Source: Chrysomallon squamiferum
Lineage: Eukaryota; Animalia; Mollusca
DNA length: 64,000 nt
Reading direction: 5' to 3'
NCBI GenBank assembly: GCA_012295275.1
Contig: CM022670.1
Location: forward strand, 8,308,001 to 8,372,000
Shown here piece by piece: positions 1 through 13,024 of this stretch. Position numbers and translations under genes: made by a program. The notes under the pieces were generated by a model. That model was not told where the DNA came from, searched no databases, and saw only the letters and a list, made by a program, of their open reading frames with translations. Position 1 is the first letter of the stretch; each line of letters begins with the position of its first letter.

Positions 1-1420
1 TCAGATCACTTGCTTTGTTGTTTTCAAAGATGGAAAAGAGATAACGGCTCTGCTCAAAAACTGGAAAGTTATCGTTTACGTCCGTCAGTGTAACCTCAAA
101 AGTTATGAAACTGCTCAGCGGTGACGTTCCTAGGTCTTGGCACGAAATGGTGACATTTAATCTGGGCAGCGTCTCTCTGTCTAGATTCGCAGATACAGTC
201 ATTTTGTATTCATTTTCGCCCATCTCAGTAAGTCGAAACAGCGGCGAGTTCACAGAACAGTTCACCATGCCGTTGTTGCCTGAATCCTCGTCGGTGACAA
301 TGACGTGGGCCACAATGTCCCCAAAGTTAGCGTCTTCCGGTACTCTCCCGTCATTGAAAACGTTGAGTCGTATTTGGGGTCGGTTGTTGACAGTGTCTAG
401 CACAGTGATGTAAACATTGGCTTGAGCCATTCGAGGTTCTGGGTTCGAGTCTAAAGCCTCTACAACAACTTTTATCGTCTCACCTTGAAGATGCTTCAAA
501 GTACGAGACGGAGTTATCTTCCCAGTTCGGTGGTCTATCTGAAACGTAGATTCGACATCAACAGACTGCTGCTGCCTGCTGAGTTTGTAAACGACGTCGC
601 CGTTTGATCCAGCATCGGCATCAGTAGCGGAGACATTGATAATTGTAGAATTCACTCCAATTGTCTCGCTGACGTTCACGTAATAGTTTTGTTCAGAGAA
701 TACTGGTGAATTGTCGTTGTCGTCGCCGATGGTAATATTGACGACAAGACGTCCTGTTTTTGGTGGTGTTCCACCATCAACAGCCAAAACGATAATTTCG
801 TAATGACTTTCTTTCTCTCTGTCCAGTTTTCTGTCGACGACCAAATTTGCCTTCAATCTTCCAATGACTTCGTACACTCTCAAACTGAAATGACTATTAC
901 TGTTTTCCATTGTATAGTTCTGTATCGAATTCAAACCCAAATCTCTGTCTTCAGCCTGAGGCAGTGAATATGATTTACCAACACTCACAGACTCTGGGAT
1001 GACCAGAGAATAGGTCTGATCGCGAAACTGCGGCGAATTGTCGTTTATGTCTAACAGATACACTTTGATACCAACAGACTGAAGAAACGACCCTGACTGC
1101 ATCGTGATGCTGAACTGAAAGACACAGTTTTCAGTAAACCCACAGCGCCCATCTCTGTCCAGTTTCTGTCCCGTGTACAGCAGCCCAGTCCTGTTGTTGA
1201 TCGTGAAATAACGAACATCTTCTGCTCCAGACACGAAACTGAACTGAAGATTGTTTAATATTTGACCACTTAGTGATATGTTAGAGTCACGACTCACGTT
1301 GCCTATTCTGAAACCAGGTTCGAGTTCTTCGTCGATTTTGTAAACGATTTCGTTTGCCGAAACATACACGAAAAATAACACCACAGTGAACAGTGCCTGA
1401 AGCGACTTTAATTCTGCCAT
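1..1420 (-). CDS. Protocadherin (lophotrochozoan/molluscan type), 5' part of a large ectodomain exon; partial, continues beyond the left edge
   Basis: Manual translation from ATG at 1420 (context gccATGG, in-frame TGA 9 codons upstream) is open for 473 codons to the edge. It begins MAELKSLQALFTVVLFFVYVSA (signal peptide) then NEIVYKIDEE. Cadherin motifs: LDRD, CGFTENC (protocadherin EC1 CX5C), DINDNSPQF, IPE, AEDRDLG, LDRE, AVDGGTPP, DDNDNSPVF, ATDADAGSNG, VPE, VTDEDSGNNG, LDRE, CQDLG, DVNDNFPVF. About 10 N-X-S/T sequons. Confidence 0.97.
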   Translation of the reverse strand, partial: MAELKSLQALFTVVLFFVYVSANEIVYKIDEELEPGFRIGNVSRDSNISLSGQILNNLQFSFVSGAEDVRYFTINNRTGLLYTGQKLDRDGRCGFTENCVFQFSITMQSGSFLQSVGIKVYLLDINDNSPQFRDQTYSLVIPESVSVGKSYSLPQAEDRDLGLNSIQNYTMENSNSHFSLRVYEVIGRLKANLVVDRKLDREKESHYEIIVLAVDGGTPPKTGRLVVNITIGDDNDNSPVFSEQNYYVNVSETIGVNSTIINVSATDADAGSNGDVVYKLSRQQQSVDVESTFQIDHRTGKITPSRTLKHLQGETIKVVVEALDSNPEPRMAQANVYITVLDTVNNRPQIRLNVFNDGRVPEDANFGDIVAHVIVTDEDSGNNGMVNCSVNSPLFRLTEMGENEYKMTVSANLDRETLPRLNVTISCQDLGTSPLSSFITFEVTLTDVNDNFPVFEQSRYLFSIFENNKASDL

Positions 1421-1422
1421 GG

Positions 1423-1432
1423 CTGTAAAAAT
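1423..1432 (-). other. Candidate 3' splice acceptor 2 nt upstream of the protocadherin start codon
   Basis: Minus strand reads gatttttacag|ccATGG. The pyrimidine tract is short and another AG lies ~10 nt upstream, so strength is moderate. Confidence 0.55.
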
Positions 1433-2106
1433 CTTCCAGTAATATCATCCAAAGAAGAATTTTTTTTTTTTTCAAAGTATTAATAATTAACGAAGTGTAT
1501 TTATCCAAACGGCTATTTCATTTATTATTTCGAAAAATCAATTTCACCGAGTCAGGTTATCTGTGCCTGTATTTCACCGACAAAAAGCGAACGGTGATTT
1601 GATATGGGTACTAAGAGTTCCCACACTAATCCACAATAAGTAATATGTGTCACTCATTATAACACGCCACTGGAATACTTAACAAAGTACACTTTCTTCT
1701 CCTGTTTGCTGTGAGGTGTAAACACGTACAAGAAACTGCTATACAGACCGCACACAAAACACAACTTCATACCATTGACATCACCAGCACTGGCGATTGT
1801 TAGCAGGTACAGTTATTCACGCTCGTTCAATACCGTGACATTTATAAACTGCAGTCCCAATAGAAAGCTCGGCTGCCGGTTTGCTCGACACACAAACACG
1901 TGTGCTTATTAACGTCCGTTTTAATGAGGCTGCGTTTATTCCCCTCACTCTTAAGATAATTTTGTTTTTGTTACGCCAAACACCTAGTTGTCGAAATTTC
2001 CGTTTGTGTTAAACCGTTTTCTCACTGTGGTATACAAATCAGCTGGTATTTGAGATGTACGACTGCAAACTAAAAGTCAGTTGTGATATTTTAGTTGGTA
2101 AATGCA

Positions 2107-2232
2107 GATTTCTGAATATTCCTTGTCCGATTTCAGCTGTGGAACTTGGATCGCTGAATATCCCTTGTCAAATTTCGGTGGTTGAATTAAGATAGCTGAA
2201 TATTCCTTTCCAAATTTCAGTTGTCGATGGAG
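2107..2232. repeat. 42-bp minisatellite, 3 diverged copies
   Basis: Units start at 2107, 2149 and 2191 with shared core gatNNctgaatatYcctt(g/t)YcNNatttcRg. Confidence 0.9.
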
Positions 2233-2859
2233 CGAAATTTCAATCACAAATCACTTTTTTTTATCTTCATTCTAATTTAAAACATTGAAGTCACACTCGA
2301 GAATAACACAACAGCTAGGTCCTATTGCTGTATATATTTTTAACACTTTCCACACCAGAGAGATGATGACCAAGGAAGAAAGGAAAGAGTTTATAGCCGT
2401 CCACTGTTACGTTGTTAACAGCACACACAACGTCAGCTTCGTTTCATCTCGTGGTCATGATGAGACGGCGGTGACTGCAGCTACAATCTCACGCTGTGTC
2501 GCTTCACACCGACTCTCGAAAGCTCTGACTGTGGCAGTCTGCAAAGATACAAGTTTACATTAATGTTTGGTAAAATGATTAACTCTGTGTAATGAACGAC
2601 GAAGCGGCTACTGGGCCGGCTTCGAGCTACTTAATGGTGTTTGTACACAGGTGCTATTAACTGGGAAGCAATGCTTCACAACAAACTACCTGTTCACACT
2701 TTCTCCCATGTAAATACAGTCCGCACAACAAGAGTCCTAGAGGCATACATTTTTCTGGCTTTGCTCTCCCTACCTCTCTCTCTCCCTCTCTCTCTCTCTG
2801 TCTCGTAGTAAAATAAAGATTAGACCAAACCGATCTGTCGTATTACGGCTTTCCGTATC

Positions 2860-3010
2860 AGGACCGTAAGCCCCGCCTTTCAGTATTAATTACAGCCAAT
2901 CGTGGAGCCTCTGTGGCGATTAATACATAAAGCCGTTAAAAAGAAAGTATTAGGGCAGTAGCCCGCTGGGACAGGAGGCAGTAAAGACGGCCGCCGTTCC
3001 GCACACATCC
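2860..3010 (-). promoter_or_regulatory. Candidate proximal promoter of the protocadherin
   Basis: CpG-rich patch ~1.45 kb upstream of the ATG, with GC box ccccgcc (2871-2877) and agCCAATc (CCAAT 2896-2900). Confidence 0.45.
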
Positions 3011-3210
3011 CCACACTTTGTATTCGGTCCTGCCCCTTGCTGCGATGTTTTGCCCGTAAAGCTGAGATTTCTGTTAAAAAAGCTTTTGTATTAATGTTCA
3101 AAGAAATTATCCAGCGTTTGATTTCTTAATTAGGTGATATTGAAACCAGTTGCCATGGCTGAAGAAACAAGTGGGGGAGTGGGAGGTTCTTGGATGAGGT
3201 GTGAGAGGTT

Positions 3211-3228
3211 GGGGGAGGGAGGGAGGGG
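3211..3228 (+). other. Canonical G-quadruplex motif
   Basis: GGGGG-A-GGG-A-GGG-A-GGGG within a G/A-rich tract 3171-3255. Confidence 0.7.
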
Positions 3229-4660
3229 TGGAAGGAAGGAAGGAGGGAGGGAGGTTCGATGAAGCGGGACTGTAGTTCTAATGGTAATGATGATAGTAAG
3301 GATATGTTAATTTTTTTTTTTATTAATTTTTTTTTTTTTTAAATTACTCCAGAATAAACAAAGAGAAAGCTGTTTATGTATTCATATTTCACAAATGGAC
3401 ACCGACACGCGGTGGGCAGTGCGTATAAAGGTCGGATGAAAAGTCCATCCGTCCCTAAAGGTATCCATTGCAATTCTTTTATGTCTTTTGTTTTGTTTAC
3501 CCAAGGGATCAGCGTATCCGTTATACAGATAAAACATTCTGGACATTTTATTTCCCACCAACCTATCCGACACCAGCAGATTCACAGTGCACATCGGAAA
3601 ACGATTTATCTACATTTTCTGTTTTAATGCGTCTAGTTTTAGACTGGTTTTTTTAAATACTGCGTGAAAGAGAATAATATTTTCAAATGATAAAGATAAA
3701 TAATTGTTTATAAACAGGCAGTAATAGGAATATAAACGAAGTTATGACGAATAACAACACGTCCCAAAAGAGAAAATATTTTTAAAAGAAAACGAAGATT
3801 AAAAAAAGGATAAAAAAAAGAGAAAGAAAAAAGGAAGGAAAGAAAACAATAGAAACAAAAACACAAAAAATATTCACGCCAATCAAAATAAAAGAAAAAG
3901 AAAAGAAGAGTATGCACCAACATAAATACAAATTAAATATATTTGATAGATACAGAAATTTATGTAATAACTTCAGTGACAACAGCATCAATATGAACAA
4001 TAATAATTCTAGTAACAAACAAATAGGTAAGTAAGCAAATAAATAAAATAAACGACAGATAAACGATATGGTTTCATATCCACTGTCACATTCTACATTT
4101 TGAAAAAGAAATAAATGAATAAATAAAAAATAATAATAATAAAAAGAAGAAAACAGATAACATCGAACATTTATTTATACGCATATTTCCCACTGGTACA
4201 TTATTTAAAATCTCTGTGTAGGGCTATCTGAATATTTACAGTTATCTAAAAGGTATGAAAATAACGAAGGAAAATTGGACATAAAACTAAGATTAGGATC
4301 ATGTCTCGTGGCGTTATGGACAATAAAACACAGGTCACAAGCAATTGTGTGTTTAGTATGTCATCATGTGCACACAAGTGAAAAAACCCAGCTAGTACTG
4401 ACTTTTACTTTGTGTTTAATGTTCTATTTTTCAGAGTTTTACTTCTTATTTTTTCTGGTTAAAATATCCTTTCTCTTTTATTTGATCAAAGATAATATAT
4501 ATAGATATACATTTTTTTTTTTTTCGTAGCTTTTATTTATATTGTCTTTCATTCTATATTTTAGAATGCTTCTGTAATTTTTGGCTATTGTTTCTTTTCA
4601 TTCTTTTCTTTCATTTTCTCTTTTTTCTTTCCTTCCTTTCATAGTAATTATGAATAATTA

Positions 4661-4700
<40 letters not shown>

Positions 4701-5046
4701 AACAACAACAACATCATCAACAACGTTATTGGCTTTCTCAGAAAGACTGTGCTGATACAATTTTAGTTTCTATTTTAAAAACATTTGTTATAAGAAGCAA
4801 GTTTAGAAAAGCAAATTTTTCTTACATAATGAAACTAATTTTACCCCATCTTTTTATTTATTTTTTTTGTATTTCGGTTTTAGTACTAAATGTTTTTAGT
4901 TAACCAGACAGTGATTCATTACTTTGCTTTTAATAAGGTAAATAATGGAAACTAATTTTTCTTTTGACAGAAAGATCAAGTAATAGACTAAAACATGTTG
5001 ACAGGTAAAATTTATGATTGAAAGCAGTGTACTTTCGCATACAGAG

Positions 5047-5088
<42 letters not shown>

Positions 5089-5502
5089 TTACACTTCACT
5101 TACACTTATTACGTAATAATGTAAATGTTAATATCACTGAACTGACGAACATTTTGTCTCGGTGGTTTAATTAAAGTTTTTAACGTGACAGATATAACAT
5201 GTAGCTACAGTGCACACCTCTTCTGGGCCTGCATTTCAGACAGAATGAATAAAAAGTGCAATTTCATGATCTAAAAATAAATAAAAAGTAGATGGAAACA
5301 GGTGTCATATAAACGTTAACAAATCAGATTTGATTCAGGTACCAAGCTGCAATCTCCCATACCTTCCAGTCTGAAGCTTAATAGAGTTTTAAATTGTAGC
5401 AGTTTTATTAAGAACGTATACTTATATAACAATATATATCTATTTATTTTTCTCCCCTTTTAACAAACTTTTCTCTATAGTTCTCTTTCTGTCTCTCTCG
5501 TT

Positions 5503-5750
5503 GTGTGTGTGTGTGTGTGTCTGTGTCTGTGTATGTGTATAAGCACATGTGTGTGTTTATATATATATACACACGTACGTACATTACATACACATACACA
5601 TACATTCACACACACATACATACATACAGACAGATATACATACATATATACATACATACATACATAAACACATACATTCACATGTACATGCATACATACA
5701 TACATATATACATATAGATACATACATAGATACGTACATAAATAGATACA
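5503..5750. repeat. Compound (TG)n/(CATA)n microsatellite
   Basis: Directly visible; source of spurious CV/YM/HT ORFs. Confidence 0.9.
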
Positions 5751-7057
5751 AAAATGAAGTATTTCCACCTTGGTGCACAGTTATCTCCGGTCTGACAAAA
5801 ACGTATTTTTCCTAGCGTAAATTAACAACTTCGTGCATATAAATAGCTTAAAGAATACATTTTATATTTCAGACCAAATCTCCTCTGTCTCCAGCATGGA
5901 ACAATAAATCGAAAGGCTTTTCAAAACACGTACACTCTCCATTACGAGCGCCGTAAATTTTGTGACGCGAAATCCGATACATGACTTTAAACGAAGTCGA
6001 AACGTTTGACGAAAGACAAAAGTTAAAAAATTAATTCGAAAGCTTTGCTGTGCTTCGCATGAACCGTTAAAAGGTTATTTGGTGTAACGGTGAAATTATT
6101 CTTCAGTGTTGTTCTTTCGTTTCGCAAATTGTTTACGGCTTAGTAATAATGGTTTGATGTTTAGATTATTTTAAACGTGTTTGTCTTTGTCCCCACGTGT
6201 TCTGTTAAATGGCCACAAAGATGGTTAATACTGTTTATAAAAATAAAAATACTATATAGATGAGAGGGGGGCTCATAAAAAAAAAAAAAAAAATAAAAAA
6301 AAATAAAAAATAAAAACATATAATAATAAAATATAATAATAATAAATTTAAAAAAAATGAAAATAAATAAATAAATAAAAAAATAAAAAAATAAATAAAA
6401 GGTAAATATACAGTATATCAAAACCGGATTGAAAATACAGCACATCGTAAATATTATCCAAAATGCAGTCATACATTCCTACTATTTTAAACAATTACCG
6501 TCATCAAAACAAATAAATAAAATAATAATAACAATAAAAACACCAAAATGACAGCCCTTTATTTACCAGTAGAGAAGAGCATTGTCAGTCAGTATCACTT
6601 TATCTATTTTCTTTGATCTCTTTATAACGACTACTTGAAACCGACACAGCGGCATACAGCAGTAAGGATGAGCGAAACTTTTTTTTTACTTTTCCAACCA
6701 CTTTTCTGAAGATTAAGCTGAATGTATAATCACACCTTGCTTTCCAGTACATCTGTGACCCCCCTTGCAGGTCACCCACCTAACAAACAACATTTGTTTT
6801 TCCTTAACGACCTTTCTCATGGCAGGGTTTCTCCTTGTACTAAAACATTAACAAGGGGTGGGTCCGCGAATCCATTACAGAGGGTGACACGGCTGTTGGT
6901 TACTCTGAGAGCTATGACCACAGGTTTGATAGATCGCCTATCAAACAGGCTGCATGCGGAGATTCGTTATTATTTTAAGTTAAAAGTTTCCTTCTGAAAT
7001 GTTCATTATTTTTTAAGTTCAGTGTCTCCTGTTTTTGCGAGAGAATGTTGTGATGAT

Positions 7058-7078
7058 GGGTGGGGTGGGTGGGTGGGG
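7058..7078 (+). other. G-quadruplex motif, (GGGT)n-like
   Basis: GGGTGGGGTGGGTGGGTGGGG: five G-runs with 1-nt loops. Confidence 0.7.
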
Positions 7079-7195
7079 CTGTCTTTAGTTTTAAAATACT
7101 TTTTTTTTATTAATCGTCTTCTGCTGTTAATATTGACAGTGGGATGAGTAATGTTAATTATTTCATTGATGGGTCTTATTTATTTATTTATTATA

Positions 7196-7226
<31 letters not shown>

Positions 7227-9923
7227 TTTTGGAGGGTTCCTTTTTTGAGCTTCTTCGTACAACTAAAAGCTACGTCTTCTGCTACTGCTACTAATACTAC
7301 TATTTATGATAATGATAATGATAATATTGATGATAATAATGAAGTTAACGATGATAATAATGACGGCGAAAATAATTATGGTGATTATAATAACGACTAC
7401 AAAGATAATGATGAGTATAATATATAGATAATAAATAGATCGTTTTATTCATAAGAAATAAAAAAAGTAAAAATAAAAGATTTTACGAAAACATCAACAA
7501 CACAAAAACTGTTGTGCGTTTGTTTCCTAGGTGAAATTGATCAAGCTGCAGATTGCTTCGCACAAAACACAACACGTTATTTCACTAAACAGCTTCCTGC
7601 CGTTGATAAAGCCGCGGTCGTCAGATAATTAAACAACGTCGTCTTTGACGTCTAAGACGTGTGTCAACATCCCACTGCAACTACTCGTTTATTTTTCTAC
7701 GCCGACGATAAACAGCGAGATTGTTTTCGTTTCAACGCTAGTTTCTCGCGCTGACTTCTTGCAACGAAATCGATAGGCTCTCGTGTGTCGCTGGTTATCT
7801 CTGCAGGCACGCGGGATCAAACGACGGAATGTGCACACATGTCAGACAGACTTTTCAGTTTAAATTTCAGTGTTGGTGAGCAGCCACATGTTAGAGTAGT
7901 GGATGAACGAACTACTAATGATACCCCAGCACATGCACACACGTACATTATTATAGGCAACAGGCGAATTGCAACGGTAATGAATGAATGAATGAATGAA
8001 ACTTTAGCAATACCTTCAAACAGTATATATTTATTTTGTTCGATGTGTGTGTGTGTGTGTGTATGTGTGTGTGTGCGTATTGTCTGTAAAATATATAAAC
8101 AGTACATTAGAGCGATGAATTAACAATAACATTAATAATCGTAGTATGATATTATATTACATTATATTATATTATTTATTCTTAGGCATATATATATAAT
8201 ATAATATAATATAATATAATATAATATAATATAAATGAAATAATGATTAATATTAAAATTAAAATGTAAAATTCATATTTAAACACAGTGTAAAGACAGG
8301 TGCAAATGCTAAAAGTGAACGAAACTGACTAAATCATTTTTCATAACGTTTTTAATACAAAGACATGACAAAATAACTACGGCACACCTCTCGAAAAATC
8401 TGGTTATTAAAACCATCTATATTAATTACAATACATGAAACTGAGATTTATCCCTCCCGTAACGGGTTATAAATCATATTTATGCTGCTTTCGATTAAAA
8501 ATGAAATTAACTGTGACTAACACGCTACCATGTCCCACGAAGAATGCAGACATCCAGGAGTTAATTTTGTGATAATTTATTAACAGAATCGGCGACTGTC
8601 GTAATCCTTCTCTGAGTGGATCTTATGAAAAAGTGATAAACTGCTAAAGCCGAGAAATGTACTTTAAAAGCAGCTGTCAAAATAAAATATTAATTAATCA
8701 AACGAGAGGCTTTTGCGGCCCGCAGTGTCAATACGACCGAGAAGAGGAAAGAATCAAGAAAGTTTTTCAAGCTGGATTATTCTTATCTTCACAGCATTAA
8801 AGTGTTTTTTCATTTTTTTGAATTTTTTATTTTATTTGTAATTTGGAAATGCTATCTGGTTTCTTTTTAAGTACGTACAGAAAGAAAATATTTTTGGTAT
8901 CAGAACTGAATTTCTTTCTTTCTTTCGTTTTTCTTTCGTTTATATTTATTTATTTTGAAAACAAATATTTTTAGTGATTTATAATTTTCTTTAGTGTATG
9001 TATGTGTGTGTGTGTGTGTATATGTATGAGTATGTATATATATAAATGTATAACCTCTCCTTAGCAGATACACAAATTACAAATATATACACCCATGTAC
9101 CTAAATTGCTTATCCTTTATTTATTCTGCATATACCACAAAAAGAGATAGACAATATCACTTTACATGTGCAAAAAAAAAATATACAAAGCTATTGTGCC
9201 AAAATTTATGGACATGAATATTAGTTAGGAGGATTATGGTTTACTTCTCTTCTTTTTTTTCTTTTTCTAAGAACAAAATTAACAAAATATAACACATCAG
9301 CGTTAACTCTAACAGCTGAATGTAAAACACATACATACTGGGTTACTTCGTATAAACTGCAATGAAAAACAGCCATTATTATGAGAAAATTTCTGGTATC
9401 GGTCATTTAATACTATATCATATAGATACGAAATACGTTTTACGAGCTTGTATACTTCGTACAGTATGTACATTTTAATAAGAGACAAAGATGAGTTGGG
9501 TTTAGTAGATAGGTGATAGAAAAGCGAGTAATCGCCCATTAAAAAACTGGGAGATTGTTAGAAAACTAGACACTTGTAACCAGCGAAGACGGTAAGACCC
9601 TTTGAAGGACAAATTGTTCAGTTTTACTACTCGACCTACAGGAAGGGGAGGTTAGATCGGTATCTACGGTAAAAACATTTTATATCCGCACTTAACTGAT
9701 TATTGCTGTAGTAAAACCTTTTCTACAATGGACATAAAACGCGACTTAGCTCTTCTTAGCGGAGGACGAAAACGGTCGCAGTGTGGTGACCAAGGAACGA
9801 ACCCACTTGTTCGTTTTTTTTTTATTTCTGGTCGTTAGAGGACTTTAATGAAAGTGAAAAGAGATGTCGTAAAACATCTGGGAACGGGCGCAGGCAGTGT
9901 TTGCACGTTGGTCATTGTTTGGT

Positions 9924-9949
9924 AGGTCATAGGTCGTGACCTTTGTCCA
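9924..9949. promoter_or_regulatory. Composite nuclear-receptor-like element (DR1 + IR0 + DR1)
   Basis: AGGTCA-t-AGGTCG-TGACCT-t-TGTCCA: four RGKTCA-type half-sites in a near-palindromic 26-bp array. Confidence 0.5.
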
Positions 9950-10645
9950 CCGAAGCAGAAGATTTGTGTGTGATGTCGGAAAGGCGAAGCCGCACACGAT
10001 TTGTGTCGAAGGCGGAACGAACCCTCTGTTCCGATTGTCGTTGATCGAAACACAAAAAGACAGAGCAAATGAACCGTGCGTTATTTCTTTCTCGCTTGCC
10101 TGATCCGATTTTTACAAAATAAGTTTGAAAACATTGTGAGGCGATAATGATAACAGGTATAATTAGGATACAGAAAAAAAAAGTAAAAATAAATAATAGC
10201 TTTTTCTTTAAGCGAGCTTTTACGATGAGCAACGATAACTGGCGGTGTTATCGCTAATGACCTGTTGTCGTATTGGGCCGCACATGCGTGGCAAAACACT
10301 GAAAGGCTTAGTGGTGTAAAACGAAGTTTAATAGTGTCCTGCTGTTGAGTGTGGCATCTTGATAAATCAGAGCATTTCTCAGAAATAATGATCTGTCGAG
10401 GATTTCTTTACACTGCCAACGCCAAATGTTGGCTCGCACAAAAACTCCGTGTTTTATGCTTGGGGAATCAGAAAGCGTATCACGTCTTTTTAAACACGTC
10501 TTGTGGCGAAGGTCAGTTTTTACAACCGTGACAGATGCGAAAATTAATGATGATAACTGAAAACCTTAATGACAGATGATGATCCTGAAGATATGCGTGT
10601 GAAAATATTTATTTTTCTTGATGTTTTCTCTGATTCGAATCTTTA

Positions 10646-10704
<59 letters not shown>

Positions 10705-13024
10705 TGATGATGATGATGATGGCGAGGAGGAGGAGGTAGAGAATGATGATGATGATGATATTTTATGTGTATTCGAGCGCATGTCTGCCTAACATTTTAC
10801 GCATACGTTTGCAGATATAGACTATTTACAACAGTGCAACATCCAACCGTTACTTTAATCTTTTTGTCTAACCAGTATAAACCAAATAATAAAAAAAAAA
10901 AAGAGAGTAAAACCTGAAATTCTTTTCATTTTATCAGCATATAACTTTCCACGCACGCAGTCGGTGACTTGAGGCATTTTTCTCCAGGTCGGGTCACTGT
11001 AATGACAAGAGCAAACATAAATAACAAGATTCCGAGCGCCATCCGTATACGACGTATTAAATCTGTTGTGCCAAAGGTTTATACGTGAGTTGTAACAAAT
11101 ACTTTAATCATATCTTTTGACATATCATTATTACCTGTAAGCCGCTAGCCGAGCGTTTAAGACTTGTCTACAGCGCTCTGTCAGGCCCGCAGTGAACCCT
11201 GTCATCATCTTGGGATGGGAACAACCATTTTATCCAAGTTGTCTCCACTTGGCACGGGCTAATATTCAAATATGCCGAGAGTTTCTGCAGAGCTGTCATT
11301 GAATTATTGAAGTGTCTGTGATGGAAAGGTATATTTTGTATTTAAAGAGAATATTTCTGAAGTATGTGGCATCCAGCTGTCTTCTTCAAGTTTGTTAGGT
11401 ACAGAGATCGTAACTCGTACACGGAGAAAACGTGAAGTCTAAATATTCTGCAGAGATTGGTCTTTTCTAACACCTAACTTACTAAATCAGCTGTCGTTTA
11501 GCCAGATAATGAAGACATTCGAAACAACTTTATTTAAAATGGATGCTGTAATGTTAAAATCAATTATTTAAATAGCTATCGAATAATGGAGTATTATAAT
11601 AAAACCGTTTTTGTCTGACTCGTATTTCCCGTTCCAGCTATCTTCGCAAGTATCTCGGCCTACGGAATTATGTACGATTTTGATGTAAATAATACTTTCT
11701 AGCAATAAATCAGTTCTCTATTTCCTTAGCTGCAAAACATGTTTAAAAAAATAAAATAAAAAATAAAAATAGATATAAATAATGCGTTAACCTTCAAAAT
11801 GTTACCAGTAAAATATTTTATTTATACGGTGTACATTAAAGATGAGTCATTTCTGAAACACGTTCTAAAGGTCTGCTGTGCATACATAAAATAATTCTTA
11901 AAGTGAAAACTAACAACATTTACTATTGTCGTTATTCTAGGACATTTCTTTCGACTAATCTATTTATCTTTCCACTCTTTAAATCATTCAACAGTTTCAA
12001 TTATTTATTTCAAATACATACATACTTCATGTTTATTTCTGAAAAAAAAATGTACGTGCATTTTTCTATTTTACTGTTTATATCTGAGAATCTAAAAAAA
12101 AATTATAAATTCTTTGTTCATAGAATTGCAGGAACATTCCAGACATACCTGTTTAACAATGCGACATGAAGCAAAATGGTTACTAATAAGAAAAAAAAAG
12201 AGAAAGACATTAGTTAGAATTTAACATTTGTAACTCGATCCTACACTTCACAATCAAAATTAAACATGCATGGAATTCACGTGTGTTATGACTTATACGT
12301 CGCGCTGTATTGAAATATTGTATTGTTATTTTTAAACTCTGACGACAGAAAGAACACATTTCTGTTTTTTACAGAAATGGGATTATCACTGAAATTTAAG
12401 AATGTTCTTTCACTTTTTACTTTTTTTTTTTCTTTCGAAGCAAAATATTAATGAGTTTGGAATGACCTACTTCTTATATCGCGATAAACAAAAAAAAAAA
12501 AAAATAAAAAAAAAAATAATAAAAAAAAAAAAAAAAAAAAAAAATAAATAAATAAATAAATATATATATATATAAATAAAATAAAATTCAGAGTTTATTT
12601 ACAATTCTCTATACCTATTTCAAAATAAAAAAGAAAAAAGATGAGAAAATGCAGTGACATTATATTAATTCTAATTAATCTGTTATTTGTTTCCCAATCC
12701 AAACTTTGCTCCTTAAAATTTAAACTGACCACATTATTACTCGCCTTATGCCGCAAACTGCAAGTTTTAACCGTTCATCTTCATAAACAATTCATCTCCC
12801 AGAAACAAATACTATAAATATTAATACAGTCGAAGGCCGAGAGACACGTGTAAATAACATATTTAATTTAAAAGATAAAAATCTTTCCACTGAAACGACT
12901 CCCTGGGCGGACGAATGGACACGTACTGTAGAGGGCGGAGGTTTGGGCAGTTTTGTACTTCAGTGGAGATGGAACAAACGCACTGAGAAACATGTCAGGT
13001 CATGATCGCCCTATTCTCCCTGTA

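Noticed and set aside
105-413. 102-aa plus-strand ORF
   Set aside because: Antisense shadow of the protocadherin CDS.
1287-1508. 73-aa minus ORF overlapping the Pcdh start
   Set aside because: Different frame from the cadherin ORF, non-ATG start, runs through a poly-A tract.
9961-10056. Hammerhead-like gTGATGtc-ggaaa-ggcGAAg with nearby hairpins
   Set aside because: Lacks the CUGANGA and GAAA core residues and a UH cleavage site; partly explained by a short internal duplication.
12925-12938. CTCF-like ACTGTAGAGGGCGG (12/14 to CCASYAGRKGGCRS)
   Set aside because: Single imperfect site; no array of oriented CTCF motifs as in vertebrate Pcdh clusters.
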